Position numbers and translations under genes: made by a program. The notes under the pieces are model-generated. The model was given only the letters and a program-made list of their open reading frames with translations. It was not told the origin of the DNA and searched no databases. A DNA stretch of 64,000 bases from an uncultured Gammaproteobacteria bacterium (lineage in GTDB: Bacteria; Patescibacteriota; Patescibacteriia; Magasanikbacterales; UBA922), in the NCBI GenBank assembly GCA_964597575.1, contig CAZQXB010000001.1, forward strand, positions 64,964-128,963, given 5' to 3'. Of the stretch, positions 18,786 to 27,124 are shown piece after piece. Position 1 is the stretch's first letter; each line of letters opens with the position of its first letter.

Positions 18786-19888
18786 TATATCTCCTGCTCT
18801 AATTCCTTATGGTAATAGTATTCGTACATGGACATGGCTGCAAGAAAGAAGGACGCGATAATCGGACCCATAACAAAGCCAGAGATTCCAAAGGTGAAAA
18901 TTCCTCCAAGCGTTGAAAGAAGCACAATAAGTGGATGCATTTGGATATCTTTCCCGACTAAAGGAGGGCGAAGAAGGTTATCAATGGTACTAATGAGTAA
19001 AGCACCAACCACCAAAATCGTAATCCCCTGCCACACCTGACCTAAAAGAATCATTACAATTCCGGCCGGCACCCAAACCACGAACGCTCCAATGGCCGGA
19101 AGAATGGAGAGTGCCATCATAATAACACCCCACACAAATGGACCCTGAACACCCGTTAACCAAAACAGTAAACCACCGATGGAACCTTGGATACCGCCAA
19201 TAATGATCGTAGTTTTAAGAGTCGCCACACTTGTGGAACGAAACTTCTCGTAAAACATTTCTTCATATCCGTTTCCAAGTGGAGATAAGAATTTCATTCG
19301 CTCTAAAATTCTCTTTCCATCTTTAAAGAAGTAGTAAAGCGAGTAAAGCATGATAAAAATCAGGAAGAGGAACCAGAGAGAATTCTGAGTCAGACTCTTT
19401 AGATTGTCAAAAACACCCGCAATGGCTTTCGTGTTCTGGAACAGAAACGAGGAAACGGTTTTAGTTGCATCATTGACATAGGAAACCCAAAGCTCGTTAA
19501 TGCGAACCACATCCACATAAGGCGCGAACGGAGACCCCTCTAAAAATCTTGCTAAATTCTCAGCAGAAATAAACTTCCCCTCTGCCACAAGCGCATACAA
19601 ATCAACCGACTGTTGTACGAGCAGAAGTCCAAAAACTGCAACCGGAGCAAGGACGACACAAAAGACCAAAATTACGGAGATAGCCGACGAAACAGAAGGT
19701 ATGCCGATCCGTTTGTTAATATGAACATAAAACGGATGAAAAAGAACTGCGAAAATAACCGCCCAGAACATAGGGTACGCAAAAGGGCGGATGATGTACA
19801 AAAACATGATCGATAACGCACCGATAAGGCCGAAGAAAAACCAAGAACGGACTTTGGCAAAACTCGTCTTTTTAGGTACAAGTGGCAT
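18785..19888 (-). CDS. AI-2E family transporter (PerM/UPF0118)
   Basis: Eight predicted TM helices with an arrangement typical of the AI-2E family. Confidence 0.8.
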   Translation of the reverse strand: MPLVPKKTSFAKVRSWFFFGLIGALSIMFLYIIRPFAYPMFWAVIFAVLFHPFYVHINKRIGIPSVSSAISVILVFCVVLAPVAVFGLLLVQQSVDLYALVAEGKFISAENLARFLEGSPFAPYVDVVRINELWVSYVNDATKTVSSFLFQNTKAIAGVFDNLKSLTQNSLWFLFLIFIMLYSLYYFFKDGKRILERMKFLSPLGNGYEEMFYEKFRSTSVATLKTTIIIGGIQGSIGGLLFWLTGVQGPFVWGVIMMALSILPAIGAFVVWVPAGIVMILLGQVWQGITILVVGALLISTIDNLLRPPLVGKDIQMHPLIVLLSTLGGIFTFGISGFVMGPIIASFFLAAMSMYEYYYHKELEQEI

Positions 19889-20005
19889 AGAAAATTGATA
19901 TGGATTTAGTATAGCACAGCCAACACACCGGCGACAGGTCTCTGTCTTTACAATTTGATTGAAATATGGCTAAATACCCACCGAACCACAACCGAGGAGG
20001 TTTTC

Positions 20006-20374
20006 ATGACAGGGCAGCACAGAGAAACTGGATGGCTGGCTTTTGGAGAATTTATTAAGAAGAACCCCATTCCAGCCCGGATAATGGTTTTGAAAAGTAT
20101 TCTCAAAAGGAAGAGGGGTCAACACAAAAAAAAGACCACCTGCATCACCCTCGTATACACATGGGTGCAAGGAGAAACAATACATACCACCATCGTTCCC
20201 ACTTTAGTGGTTTTTCGCGAAATAAGAAAAATATCAGGAGACAACATCGGAGTAATCATTTCGACAAAACGGGAAAAAGATTCTCCCGTTCAAGTTGGCA
20301 CGTTCACGCTTGCTGTAGCAGAAAATGGGGTATGCTACCAGCCACCAAGGGAGATGTTCTGTATCTCGCCGTAA
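20006..20374 (+). CDS. hypothetical protein (122 aa)
   Basis: Start moved to the ATG at 20006, preceded by GAGGAGG at a 6-nt spacing. No motifs recognised. Confidence 0.45.
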   Translation: MTGQHRETGWLAFGEFIKKNPIPARIMVLKSILKRKRGQHKKKTTCITLVYTWVQGETIHTTIVPTLVVFREIRKISGDNIGVIISTKREKDSPVQVGTFTLAVAENGVCYQPPREMFCISP

Positions 20375-20539
20375 GCACCCCGACCCCATGCTCAAGAGCT
20401 GGGGTTTATCATTTCTTTCTTCTTTTCACCAAATACTCGGGTACCGAGTTTTTCACTCATGCTATAGCGAATCACCTCTTCCCTTTCACACATTACCACC
20501 CTATACTAGTATAATTCGAGACATTAAATCAGAAAATTT

Positions 20540-21094
20540 ATGAAAATTTACACAAAAACTGGAGACAAAGGTGAAACCGGGTTACTTGGTGGTATCCGCA
20601 TTTCCAAAACAAGTGACATTATTCATGCAATCGGGGAAATTGATGAACTCAATGCCTCTTTAGGCATTCTTATTACCCTCTCAAAGGAATGCGAGCATAC
20701 AGAACACACTGACCGGCTTCTTCATGTACAGCACACCCTGTTTGTTCTCGGGGCAACTTTAGCGCAAGTAAAAACGGACATTCCCTTTGCTACGCCCTTG
20801 TCAGAAAAAGAAGTATTTGCCCTCGAAGAGTGGATCGACGAAATGGATGGGGTGCTTTCCCCTCTTACTCAGTTTATTCTCCCTGGAGGAAATACCTTAG
20901 CTTCTGAGGCCTTTTACATACGTGCAGTATGTCGGAGAGCAGAGAGAGCGGTGATAAAAACCGTTTCTTCTGAAAACGAACACACTTTTAGTTCAAGTAT
21001 TATGTATCTAAACCGGTTAAGTGACACCCTCTTTACGTTGGGACGCTGGTACAATGCTAATGACCGAACACCGGAAACATATTGGGTTAAATAA
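20540..21094 (+). CDS. pduO: ATP:cob(I)alamin adenosyltransferase, PduO type
   Basis: N-terminal YTKTGDKGETGLLGG motif characteristic of the PduO/MMAB family. 184 aa. Confidence 0.85.
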   Translation: MKIYTKTGDKGETGLLGGIRISKTSDIIHAIGEIDELNASLGILITLSKECEHTEHTDRLLHVQHTLFVLGATLAQVKTDIPFATPLSEKEVFALEEWIDEMDGVLSPLTQFILPGGNTLASEAFYIRAVCRRAERAVIKTVSSENEHTFSSSIMYLNRLSDTLFTLGRWYNANDRTPETYWVK

Positions 21095-21193
21095 TTGTAC
21101 GACATATAAATACTTTTTATTGCTTATATATTCAGGCAATTATCCATTTACAGGGCAACTATCCCTTTACAACAAGTAACAAAAAAGGTAACC
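21095..21193 (+). repeat. left copy (R1) of about 100-bp direct repeat with two tandem 20-nt iterons GGCAAYTATCCMTTTACARC
   Basis: Starts immediately after the pduO stop with TTGTACGACATATAAATAC. Contains GGCAATTATCCATTTACAG GGCAACTATCCCTTTACAAC AAGTAACAAAAAAGGTAACC. Second copy is at 24001-24133. Confidence 0.6.
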
Positions 21194-21201
21194 TTATAAA
21201 C

Positions 21202-21320
21202 GACTACCCACAATTCGCGGAATAACCGAAGATTCGACTCCCTATCTCTTGTTTGCGTATAAGAATAGGTAGTCAATCGTCCACAAACAGAACCTTCGGG
21301 TTCTGCGAACGTGGGTAGTC
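21202..21320 (+). promoter_or_regulatory. structured leader whose closing stem pairs with the GTG start of the downstream gene
   Basis: GACTACCCAC (21202-21211) pairs with GTGGGTAGTC (21311-21320, the start codon region). Internal hairpins CCTAT..ATAGG and CAGAACC-UUCG-GGUUCUG (UUCG tetraloop). Confidence 0.3.
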
Positions 21321-21622
21321 CGGTTGGCTACCTTTTTTTGTTTTTATATATGTTTTCAGAGAAACCTGGAGAAAAGAAAAATGACCCATACGCTGTAATG
21401 GGAATCATACTTTCGTTTATGGGTATGGGAATAACGTATAACTTCTTTGCCTATCTTGGCCTCTTATGTGGACTTGTAGCTCTCAGGAGATTGCACGAAC
21501 GCACTGACATTTACAGAAAGGGGGCCGGATACGCCAAGGCTGCCATTACCTACGGGATTGTCTTTGGGCCAATAGTTGATATTGTTTTCTGGTACTTAAT
21601 TGATATTCGTTGGGCTCAGTAA
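21311..21622 (+). CDS. small membrane protein (103 aa; start uncertain, GTG 21311 or ATG 21350)
   Basis: Two to three hydrophobic helices (GIILSFMGMGITYNFFAYLGLLCGLVAL; ITYGIVFGPIVDIVFWYLI). No SD sequence at either candidate start. Confidence 0.5.
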   Translation: MGSPVGYLFLFLYMFSEKPGEKKNDPYAVMGIILSFMGMGITYNFFAYLGLLCGLVALRRLHERTDIYRKGAGYAKAAITYGIVFGPIVDIVFWYLIDIRWAQ

Positions 21623-21658
21623 AAAAACAAAATAGCTCTTTAAGAGCTATTTTGAAAT

Positions 21659-22081
21659 TCATTTAGGCGGAAGGGCAATTAACTGGGCAATTTTATTAAC
21701 CGGATCTACTTCTAGTTTTACATTCCATGCCTCTAACATTTTTTGTCCAATTAAAATTCCGCAATCTGGTGAATTTGTAGGTGAATTCACAACTGCAAAA
21801 GATTTTCTACCAACCAACGAAACATTTCCGGCCGTATCGATTGAGCTTATGGTGGTACCATCTGCCAAAGTCCAGGTCCCAAAACTAGCCATTAACTCAA
21901 GTCCATTTTGCTGAACACTTTTAAATGGCATCATTAAGAAACCACTAAAACCCGTATCGATTTGACCTTCCCAGATATATCCTATGTGATTGGGGTCACC
22001 ATTGGGTACCAGATTCTCCAAGAGAAAAGGAAGTAAAATTTGTGTTCCTTCAAAACGACAGTTCGCAACTATTACCCTCAT
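21659..22081 (-). CDS. retropepsin-like (clan AA) aspartic protease
   Basis: QIDTGFSG active-site DTG motif plus a C-terminal GILIGQKML flap-like motif. 140 aa. Overlaps the upstream gene by ATGA. Confidence 0.55.
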   Translation of the reverse strand: MRVIVANCRFEGTQILLPFLLENLVPNGDPNHIGYIWEGQIDTGFSGFLMMPFKSVQQNGLELMASFGTWTLADGTTISSIDTAGNVSLVGRKSFAVVNSPTNSPDCGILIGQKMLEAWNVKLEVDPVNKIAQLIALPPK

Positions 22082-22293
22082 AAATTAAAAACAAAAGATA
22101 CCGCTTTCTGGTATTCTGGTCTGGATGTAATTTCATTCAATTTTGCAGGGTTATCTACCACTTCATGTCTTTTTAAATACGGAAAAACCACCACAGTTTT
22201 TCCTCTGTTTCGATCTTTGAAATTACCTCCCAAATCATCGAGGTATTGTTGAGAATCTCTTTGAGTTTTTATTGCTTCGTCTAAAATTGTCAT
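22078..22293 (-). CDS. hypothetical small protein (71 aa), translationally coupled to the aspartic protease gene
   Basis: 4-nt ATGA overlap with 21659-22081. No motifs recognised. Confidence 0.45.
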   Translation of the reverse strand: MTILDEAIKTQRDSQQYLDDLGGNFKDRNRGKTVVVFPYLKRHEVVDNPAKLNEITSRPEYQKAVSFVFNL

Positions 22294-22398
22294 ATAATTT
22301 TAATGGCTCAGCTCTTTTCCCAATATACTCTTAAAGAATCAAAAAAGCAACATGTGTAAAGACAGCCTCCTATGATTCATTAAGTCATTTTTCACACC

Positions 22399-22785
22399 CT
22401 ACTTTAAAAGTGCCCTTTGCATATACTCCTGCCTTTCTTCAATTCTATTCATATCGCGTGAAAAATCTATCCTTAATTCTGCATTATTTTCGATAACTTC
22501 ATTTATTTTGTCGTTTACTGAATCTTGTGTTTGATAATATGAAGCTTTCATCCCTGCCATGAAGATAACAACAGCAACTATTAAAGAAATAAATAAAAAT
22601 AACCCACCAATAATAACACCTATAAGAAGGTTATTCATTTTTCCAGAAAAACCTTCCACTTCTTTCCTAATATCTTCAAATTTTTTTTGAAAGACAGCTT
22701 CTGCAACATCGCCTGTTTTGGTTGCAGTATTCAAATCAATCATCGACTGCACCTCCTCCTGAGTTAGCTTTTTTCTAGGGGCCAT
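22399..22785 (-). CDS. small single-pass membrane protein with coiled-coil regions (128 aa)
   Basis: Central TM (LLIGVIIGGLFLFISLIVAVVIFMAG) flanked by charged helical segments. Confidence 0.5.
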   Translation of the reverse strand: MAPRKKLTQEEVQSMIDLNTATKTGDVAEAVFQKKFEDIRKEVEGFSGKMNNLLIGVIIGGLFLFISLIVAVVIFMAGMKASYYQTQDSVNDKINEVIENNAELRIDFSRDMNRIEERQEYMQRALLK

Positions 22786-22789
22786 ACAC

Positions 22790-23047
22790 TTACTTTCCTT
22801 GCGAAATTACCCCCACTATTTTATAGACAGTGTCATTATCTTCTAACTGCACAACTAAATCCAAGTAACGTAAAACATGAAAATCTATTCCTTCAATTTT
22901 CTCACCCTGACAAAATCTAGTATCTTTTTCTATTACACCATTGTTTCCTATTTTTATTTTTTCTTTAGTAATTAAAACATCATTCTTCTCTTCAGAAAAA
23001 ATATCTAGGAACCTCATTTTTATTTTCGTCTCTGTCGTTTCTGGCAT
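22790..23047 (-). CDS. hypothetical small protein (85 aa)
   Basis: The ORF-track start at 23089 is a TTG lying inside the 23065-23087 palindrome. First ATG at 23047 used instead. Confidence 0.4.
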   Translation of the reverse strand: MPETTETKIKMRFLDIFSEEKNDVLITKEKIKIGNNGVIEKDTRFCQGEKIEGIDFHVLRYLDLVVQLEDNDTVYKIVGVISQGK

Positions 23048-23064
23048 AGAAAAAACTAAATTTT

Positions 23065-23087
23065 GAGTGTATACTCTGTATACACTC
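23065..23087. repeat. palindrome GAGTGTATAC-TCT-GTATACACTC (variant of the dispersed GTATACAC palindrome family)
   Basis: 10-nt arms in perfect inverted orientation, between the transposase stop and the 22790 gene. Confidence 0.5.
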
Positions 23088-23151
23088 AAGTATACTCAAA
23101 CTATGAAAAAAATCAACCCGCAATCCACCTTTCACTCCCTCCTCCACAAAG

Positions 23152-23994
23152 CTATCTCACCACCCGCGAAAGCAAAGCCGGGAAAATTGGGATCCCCGAC
23201 CGCAGGCAGTTATACCGGAAAACAGCCTCGTTCACGTACCACTGGAGCCACTTCCCGGAAATCCAATGGTGGCACCGGTAAAGCTTCTTAAGCTGAGACC
23301 AAAATCCCTCAATACCATTCGTAGATACGTTCCCCCGAACGTATTCTCTTTTACTGTGGCATACTGAAAAATGGTTATATCGCCTACCTAAGTCATCATA
23401 TGAATGGCTTTCATCGGTCATAACATCGGACGCCCAATCAATAACCGAAAAGATATACTTCGATAAGGTAAGTTTCTGAATGTCCCGCACCACCACAGCA
23501 AACACCTTTCCCTCTCGTTTCAGAATCCCGAACACAGGGATTTTGTTTTTTCTCCAGCCACACCCACCTGCTCTGCGGGTTTTCCCTCCAATAAACGTTT
23601 CATCCGCCTCAAACACCCCTTCTGATTTCTCCATATCCTGCTCCATAAGCTCACGAATCTTGTGACCCATACGCCAGGCGGTCTTATAAGTTACCCCTAA
23701 CACCCTCTGCAACTCCTTTGCCGGGACACCCCGGCGCGTTTGTGAGAATAGGTATATACTAAGAAACCACAGTTTTAGGGATGTAGAGGACTTATTGAAA
23801 ATCGTGTCGGAGAGTGGATCTATCTGGTAGCCACAAGCACAGGCATAGGTCTTACGACCCTCTACCCTATAGAACTTGTTCTTGAGACACTTTGGACAGA
23901 GGTGACCTTCCCCATATTTATACTTAAAAACGTACTCTAGGCAGGCATCATCGTCCGGAAATTGTTTATTAAATTGAGAGATAGAATACTTCAT
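23152..23994 (-). CDS. IS1595-family (ISXO2-like) transposase
   Basis: N-terminal transposase zinc ribbon (HLCPKC...CACGYQ) and the DDE_Tnp_IS1595 domain. C-terminal ...WYVNEAVFRYN motif typical of the family. Confidence 0.9.
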   Translation of the reverse strand: MKYSISQFNKQFPDDDACLEYVFKYKYGEGHLCPKCLKNKFYRVEGRKTYACACGYQIDPLSDTIFNKSSTSLKLWFLSIYLFSQTRRGVPAKELQRVLGVTYKTAWRMGHKIRELMEQDMEKSEGVFEADETFIGGKTRRAGGCGWRKNKIPVFGILKREGKVFAVVVRDIQKLTLSKYIFSVIDWASDVMTDESHSYDDLGRRYNHFSVCHSKREYVRGNVSTNGIEGFWSQLKKLYRCHHWISGKWLQWYVNEAVFRYNCLRSGIPIFPALLSRVVR

Positions 23995-24000
23995 AAATTA

Positions 24001-24133
24001 TTGTACGACGTATATATTGCCTTATTTTATACAATAATTTATACTTGTTGTAAAGGGATACAGGCGATTTACAGGGCAACTATCCCTTTACAACGGCAAT
24101 TATCCCTTTACAACAAGTAGCAAAAAGTAACTC
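24001..24133 (+). repeat. right copy (R2) of about 100-bp direct repeat; two direct iterons plus one inverted copy
   Basis: TTGTACGACGTATATAT at 24001. Inverted unit CTTGTTGTAAAGGGATA at 24044-24060. Direct units GGCAACTATCCCTTTACAAC (24075-24094) and GGCAATTATCCCTTTACAAC (24095-24114). Then AAGTAGCAAAAAGTAACTC. Confidence 0.6.
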
Positions 24134-24389
24134 TAATTTTACCTGTGTTTCACATGAAACGAGCCACCAAAAATGACTGCTCCAAAAGAATGACTAAGTA
24201 ACCTGGCTCTTCCTTTTTTGTTTGGTCTTTTTCATAATAGAATGTTTCACAAGAAACATTCTATTTATTTTGAGTAGCAAATAAGATATTTCCGTGCAAG
24301 TGACCGAGCTGAACCTGTGGATGAATTGGTGCATAAGAAACAATTTTTGTGGATTACCTGTTTACATGGTATGACCAAAATGTCTCCAG

Positions 24390-24412
24390 TTGTATACACT
24401 AGTGTATACAAA
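24390..24412. repeat. 24-bp perfect palindrome TTGTATACACTAGTGTATACAA (copy A)
   Basis: Exact inverted repeat in intergenic DNA. Same motif is at 25002-25025 and 33430-33452. Confidence 0.6.
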
Positions 24413-24804
24413 TGAGTTATTCACAGGCTAAAAAAGTTATTCACTCACATGTGGACAAATCTGTGCATAAAATACACCGACAATAAGTACTACAAAGTAG
24501 GCTGTTTCATGTGAAACACTCCATGAGGGGAATCTCGGAAAAAGACTCATACGCAATCTGCTATCTCTTTTAGAGATTAGGGTGAGAGTATGTACTTAGT
24601 GGAAAACCAAAGTCAGTGTTCAATTCTGCTTTACCCAAAAATCATTATCTACACTGCCGCCCCAAGGATAAACTGTATAGGCGTAGTGTCCATCTTTAGA
24701 AAGCCGAAAAAATGCAAAGTACGCTACAAATCTAAAAACCAAAAAAACCTCACACCGGGGCACGGGCAGGTAGTGTTCCAAGCAAAAGAAAACGATGTAC
24801 AGTG

Positions 24805-24876
24805 TGGCCTCACCACGAATCGAACGTGGATTTAGACGTTAGGAGTGTCTCGTTCTATCCATTGAACTATGGGGCC
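24805..24876 (-). tRNA. tRNA-Arg (anticodon CCT), with C5-A68 and A31-C39 mismatches
   Basis: Minus-strand cloverleaf GGCCCCA...TGAGGCCA. Anticodon loop CTCCTAA. T-arm CCACGTTCGATTCGTGG. Two stem mismatches, so possibly a degenerating copy. Confidence 0.55.
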
Positions 24877-25001
24877 TTATTTTACATAAATAATATATGT
24901 CGTACATTATTTATGTCACTTTCTTTGCCGATAAATGAGTAGGCAGTGAAACACTTGGGTGTTTTCTTGCCAAAAATCAGTATTCACTATTTCTGCTTTC
25001 A

Positions 25002-25025
25002 TTTGTATACACAAGTGTATACAAA
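25002..25025. repeat. 24-bp palindrome TTTGTATACACAAGTGTATACAAA (copy B), about 75 nt upstream of rmuC
   Basis: Near-perfect inverted repeat. A TATACT -10-like hexamer follows at 25043-25048. Confidence 0.6.
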
Positions 25026-25098
25026 TATACTGATTATGGGTATATACTCATTTCTCTTTTTCCGATATAATAGCCCTACCAACCTATAAAATCAAGTT

Positions 25099-26199
25099 AT
25101 GACACCTCTCCTTATCGCAATTGCCGGACTTCTTATTGTGGGTTTAGTTGTTATTTGCCTCATTCTTCTTAAAAAAATGCAATCCCTCGAGGCACTCCAG
25201 GCAAACCCACAAAACCAGGAACAGCTCTTCGTTATGCTTCAGAGCCAAATTCAGGATTTGGGAAGAAATGTGGATCAGCGGCTCACTGACACTCACAAAA
25301 CCATGAATCAAACGACGGAGCACCTTCACAGAACCATTCAGTCGCAGTTTGGCCAGAGTGCAAAAATAATCACTGAGGTAACGGAAAAATTGGCAAAGCT
25401 TGATGAAACAAACCGCCAGGTAGTCTCCTTTACTGATCAGCTCCAGAACCTTGAAAAGGTCCTAACAAACTCAAAAAATCGAGGTTCACTTGGTGAAGCT
25501 GGGCTTGAATTGATTCTCACCAATATCCTTCCTCCAGGCAGCTTTACCCTTCAGCACAAATTTCAGGATGGGGACACCGTGGACGCCGCCATTCATATTA
25601 AAGACCAAATTCTTCCTGTAGACGCGAAGTTTTCCCTCGACAACTACCGCCGTATTCTCGATGAGAACGATCCTACCCGTCGTGAAGCACTCGAAAAGGA
25701 GTTTAAGGCGGACCTTAAGAAGAGGATTGATGAAACTTCGAAGTACATTAAACCAAAAGAGGGGACATTTGATTTTGCCTTCATGTTTATCCCCGCTGAA
25801 GGAATCTACTATGACCTGCTTATCAACGAAATTGGGGCGGTCAAAATGAATACCCGAAGCCTCATTGACTACGCATTTAAGGAAAAGAAAGTCATCATCG
25901 TTTCACCGACCACCTTTACCGCCTATCTCCAGACCGTTCTCCAGGGGCTGCGCGCACTTCAGGTAGAAGAGTCTGCTAAGGAGATCCAGAAACGAGTAGA
26001 GCAGTTAGGGGCTCACTTGGCAGCCTACGAGACGTATATGCAGAAACTGGGTAATAACCTTGGCACAACGGTAAATATGTATAACCAAGCCTACAAGGAG
26101 CTTGCGAAGATCGATAAGGACGTCGTAAAAATTACCGAAGGGGAGAGGGTTATCGAGGCTTTGATCGTAGAAAAACCGCAAAGCATCCTTGATGCGTAG
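25099..26199 (+). CDS. rmuC: DNA recombination protein RmuC
   Basis: N-terminal TM, long coiled coil, C-terminal RmuC nuclease-like domain (DFAFMFIPAEGIYYDLL...VIIVSPTTFTAYL). Confidence 0.85.
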   Translation: MTPLLIAIAGLLIVGLVVICLILLKKMQSLEALQANPQNQEQLFVMLQSQIQDLGRNVDQRLTDTHKTMNQTTEHLHRTIQSQFGQSAKIITEVTEKLAKLDETNRQVVSFTDQLQNLEKVLTNSKNRGSLGEAGLELILTNILPPGSFTLQHKFQDGDTVDAAIHIKDQILPVDAKFSLDNYRRILDENDPTRREALEKEFKADLKKRIDETSKYIKPKEGTFDFAFMFIPAEGIYYDLLINEIGAVKMNTRSLIDYAFKEKKVIIVSPTTFTAYLQTVLQGLRALQVEESAKEIQKRVEQLGAHLAAYETYMQKLGNNLGTTVNMYNQAYKELAKIDKDVVKITEGERVIEALIVEKPQSILDA

Positions 26200-26225
26200 A
26201 TCCCTACGCTCGGTACAGCCAAAAG

Positions 26226-26254
26226 TTGACAGAATCCAAGAGAATATGTATACT
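26226..26254 (+). promoter_or_regulatory. rpmH promoter TTGACA-N17-TATACT
   Basis: Perfect consensus hexamers 20 nt upstream of the rpmH ATG. Confidence 0.5.
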
Positions 26255-26273
26255 ATTCGTACTAATCTAGTTT

Positions 26274-26450
26274 ATGCCTAAACGAACGTATCAGCCAAAG
26301 AAGCGGAAGCGCGCAAAGTCCCATGGCTTTCTCTCTCGCATGGCCACGAAAAATGGCCGCAATGTACTTGCCCGTCGCCGAGCTAAGGGACGCAAGAAGC
26401 TCACCGTGAGCGACGAACGAAGCGGAAAAAGACTTCGCAAAACTCGTTAA
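26274..26450 (+). CDS. rpmH: 50S ribosomal protein L34
   Basis: 58-aa [48 protein letters not shown]... Unmistakable L34. Absent from the ORF track because it is under 60 aa. Confidence 0.88.
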   Translation: MPKRTYQPKKRKRAKSHGFLSRMATKNGRNVLARRRAKGRKKLTVSDERSGKRLRKTR

Positions 26451-26451
26451 A

Positions 26452-26480
26452 AGAATCCTCGCTTCGGCGAGGTTCTTTTG
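26452..26480 (+). terminator. hairpin/attenuator between rpmH and rnpA
   Basis: CCTCGC-ttcg-GCGAGG followed by TTCTTTTGTT. Confidence 0.4.
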
Positions 26481-26495
26481 TTATAGTAGACAGAT

Positions 26496-26873
26496 ATGTT
26501 TCCTGCCAAGTATCGCCTTACTCATGATCGAGATTTTACCACCCTTTTTAAAGAAGGGGTGATGATTCATGGCGACCATGTGAGTTTAAAAATCTGGAAT
26601 ATTATCCCTGAAAAATTTCCTCGACGAGCATACACGAAAGATTTATTGCGGATTGCCTGTGTCGTTGGAGTAAAAATTGATAAACGTGCAGTTGTTCGAA
26701 ATAAAGTAAAACGACAGCTTCGTGAAATTGTTCGCCCACTCTTGGTTGAACAGAAAATTCGCCCGGGTTTTCTTCTTGCGATTATTGCCAAACCAAAGGC
26801 GGTGAACGAAGATTTCAAAATCCTAACCGAAAGTGTGCAGCGCACACTTTCAAAAGCTCGTCTTCTTGTATGA
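26496..26873 (+). CDS. rnpA: ribonuclease P protein component
   Basis: Conserved position after rpmH. Basic 125-aa protein with an RnpA-like pattern (KYRLTHDRDF...KRAVVRNKVKRQLRE). Confidence 0.85.
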   Translation: MFPAKYRLTHDRDFTTLFKEGVMIHGDHVSLKIWNIIPEKFPRRAYTKDLLRIACVVGVKIDKRAVVRNKVKRQLREIVRPLLVEQKIRPGFLLAIIAKPKAVNEDFKILTESVQRTLSKARLLV

Positions 26874-27124
26874 ACATGCTCCATCTTCCACGCCTCACTG
26901 GCATGTTTGTTATTCGCGTGTACCAAAAAGTACTTTCTCCTGACCATAGTTTTTGGGGAAAACAAATATGGCCCGAAGGGTACTGTCGATTTTTACCGAC
27001 CTGCAGTGACTATGGGTATGAGAGCCTCAAAAAACATGGGCTGATTAAAGGGGGTTTGAAAACGGTATGGCGAATTTGCCGATGTAACCCGTGGAACCCA
27101 GGCGGCCATGACCCAGCACACTAA
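26870..27124 (+). CDS. yidD: membrane protein insertion efficiency factor YidD
   Basis: CRFLPTCSDYGYESLKKHG motif (PF01809). ATGA overlap with rnpA. No yidC follows. Confidence 0.85.
   Translation: MNMLHLPRLTGMFVIRVYQKVLSPDHSFWGKQIWPEGYCRFLPTCSDYGYESLKKHGLIKGGLKTVWRICRCNPWNPGGHDPAH

Larger units (their letters stand above)
23060..24133 (-). mobile_element. IS1595-family insertion sequence (approximate limits), possibly part of a larger 21.1-24.1-kb repeat-bounded cassette
   Basis: Transposase gene flanked by palindromic sequence at 23065-23087 and by the iteron-containing repeat R2 upstream. Exact IRs not resolved. Confidence 0.45.

Noticed and set aside
21135-21173. CRISPR array suggested by tandem 20-nt repeats
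   Set aside because: Only two adjacent units with no spacers. Direct plus inverted copies next to a transposase fit iterons or binding sites, not CRISPR. No cas genes.
21202-21320. Fluoride (crcB) or guanidine riboswitch upstream of the small membrane protein gene
   Set aside because: Shares only a GACUCC hexamer with the fluoride motif. Lacks the GGCGAUGG..GUUCGCC pseudoknot helix and ACGR loops. The downstream protein is not CrcB or SMR-like.
24590-24835. 81-aa ORF spanning the tRNA-Arg locus
   Set aside because: Overlaps the tRNA antisense. No RBS and low-complexity translation.
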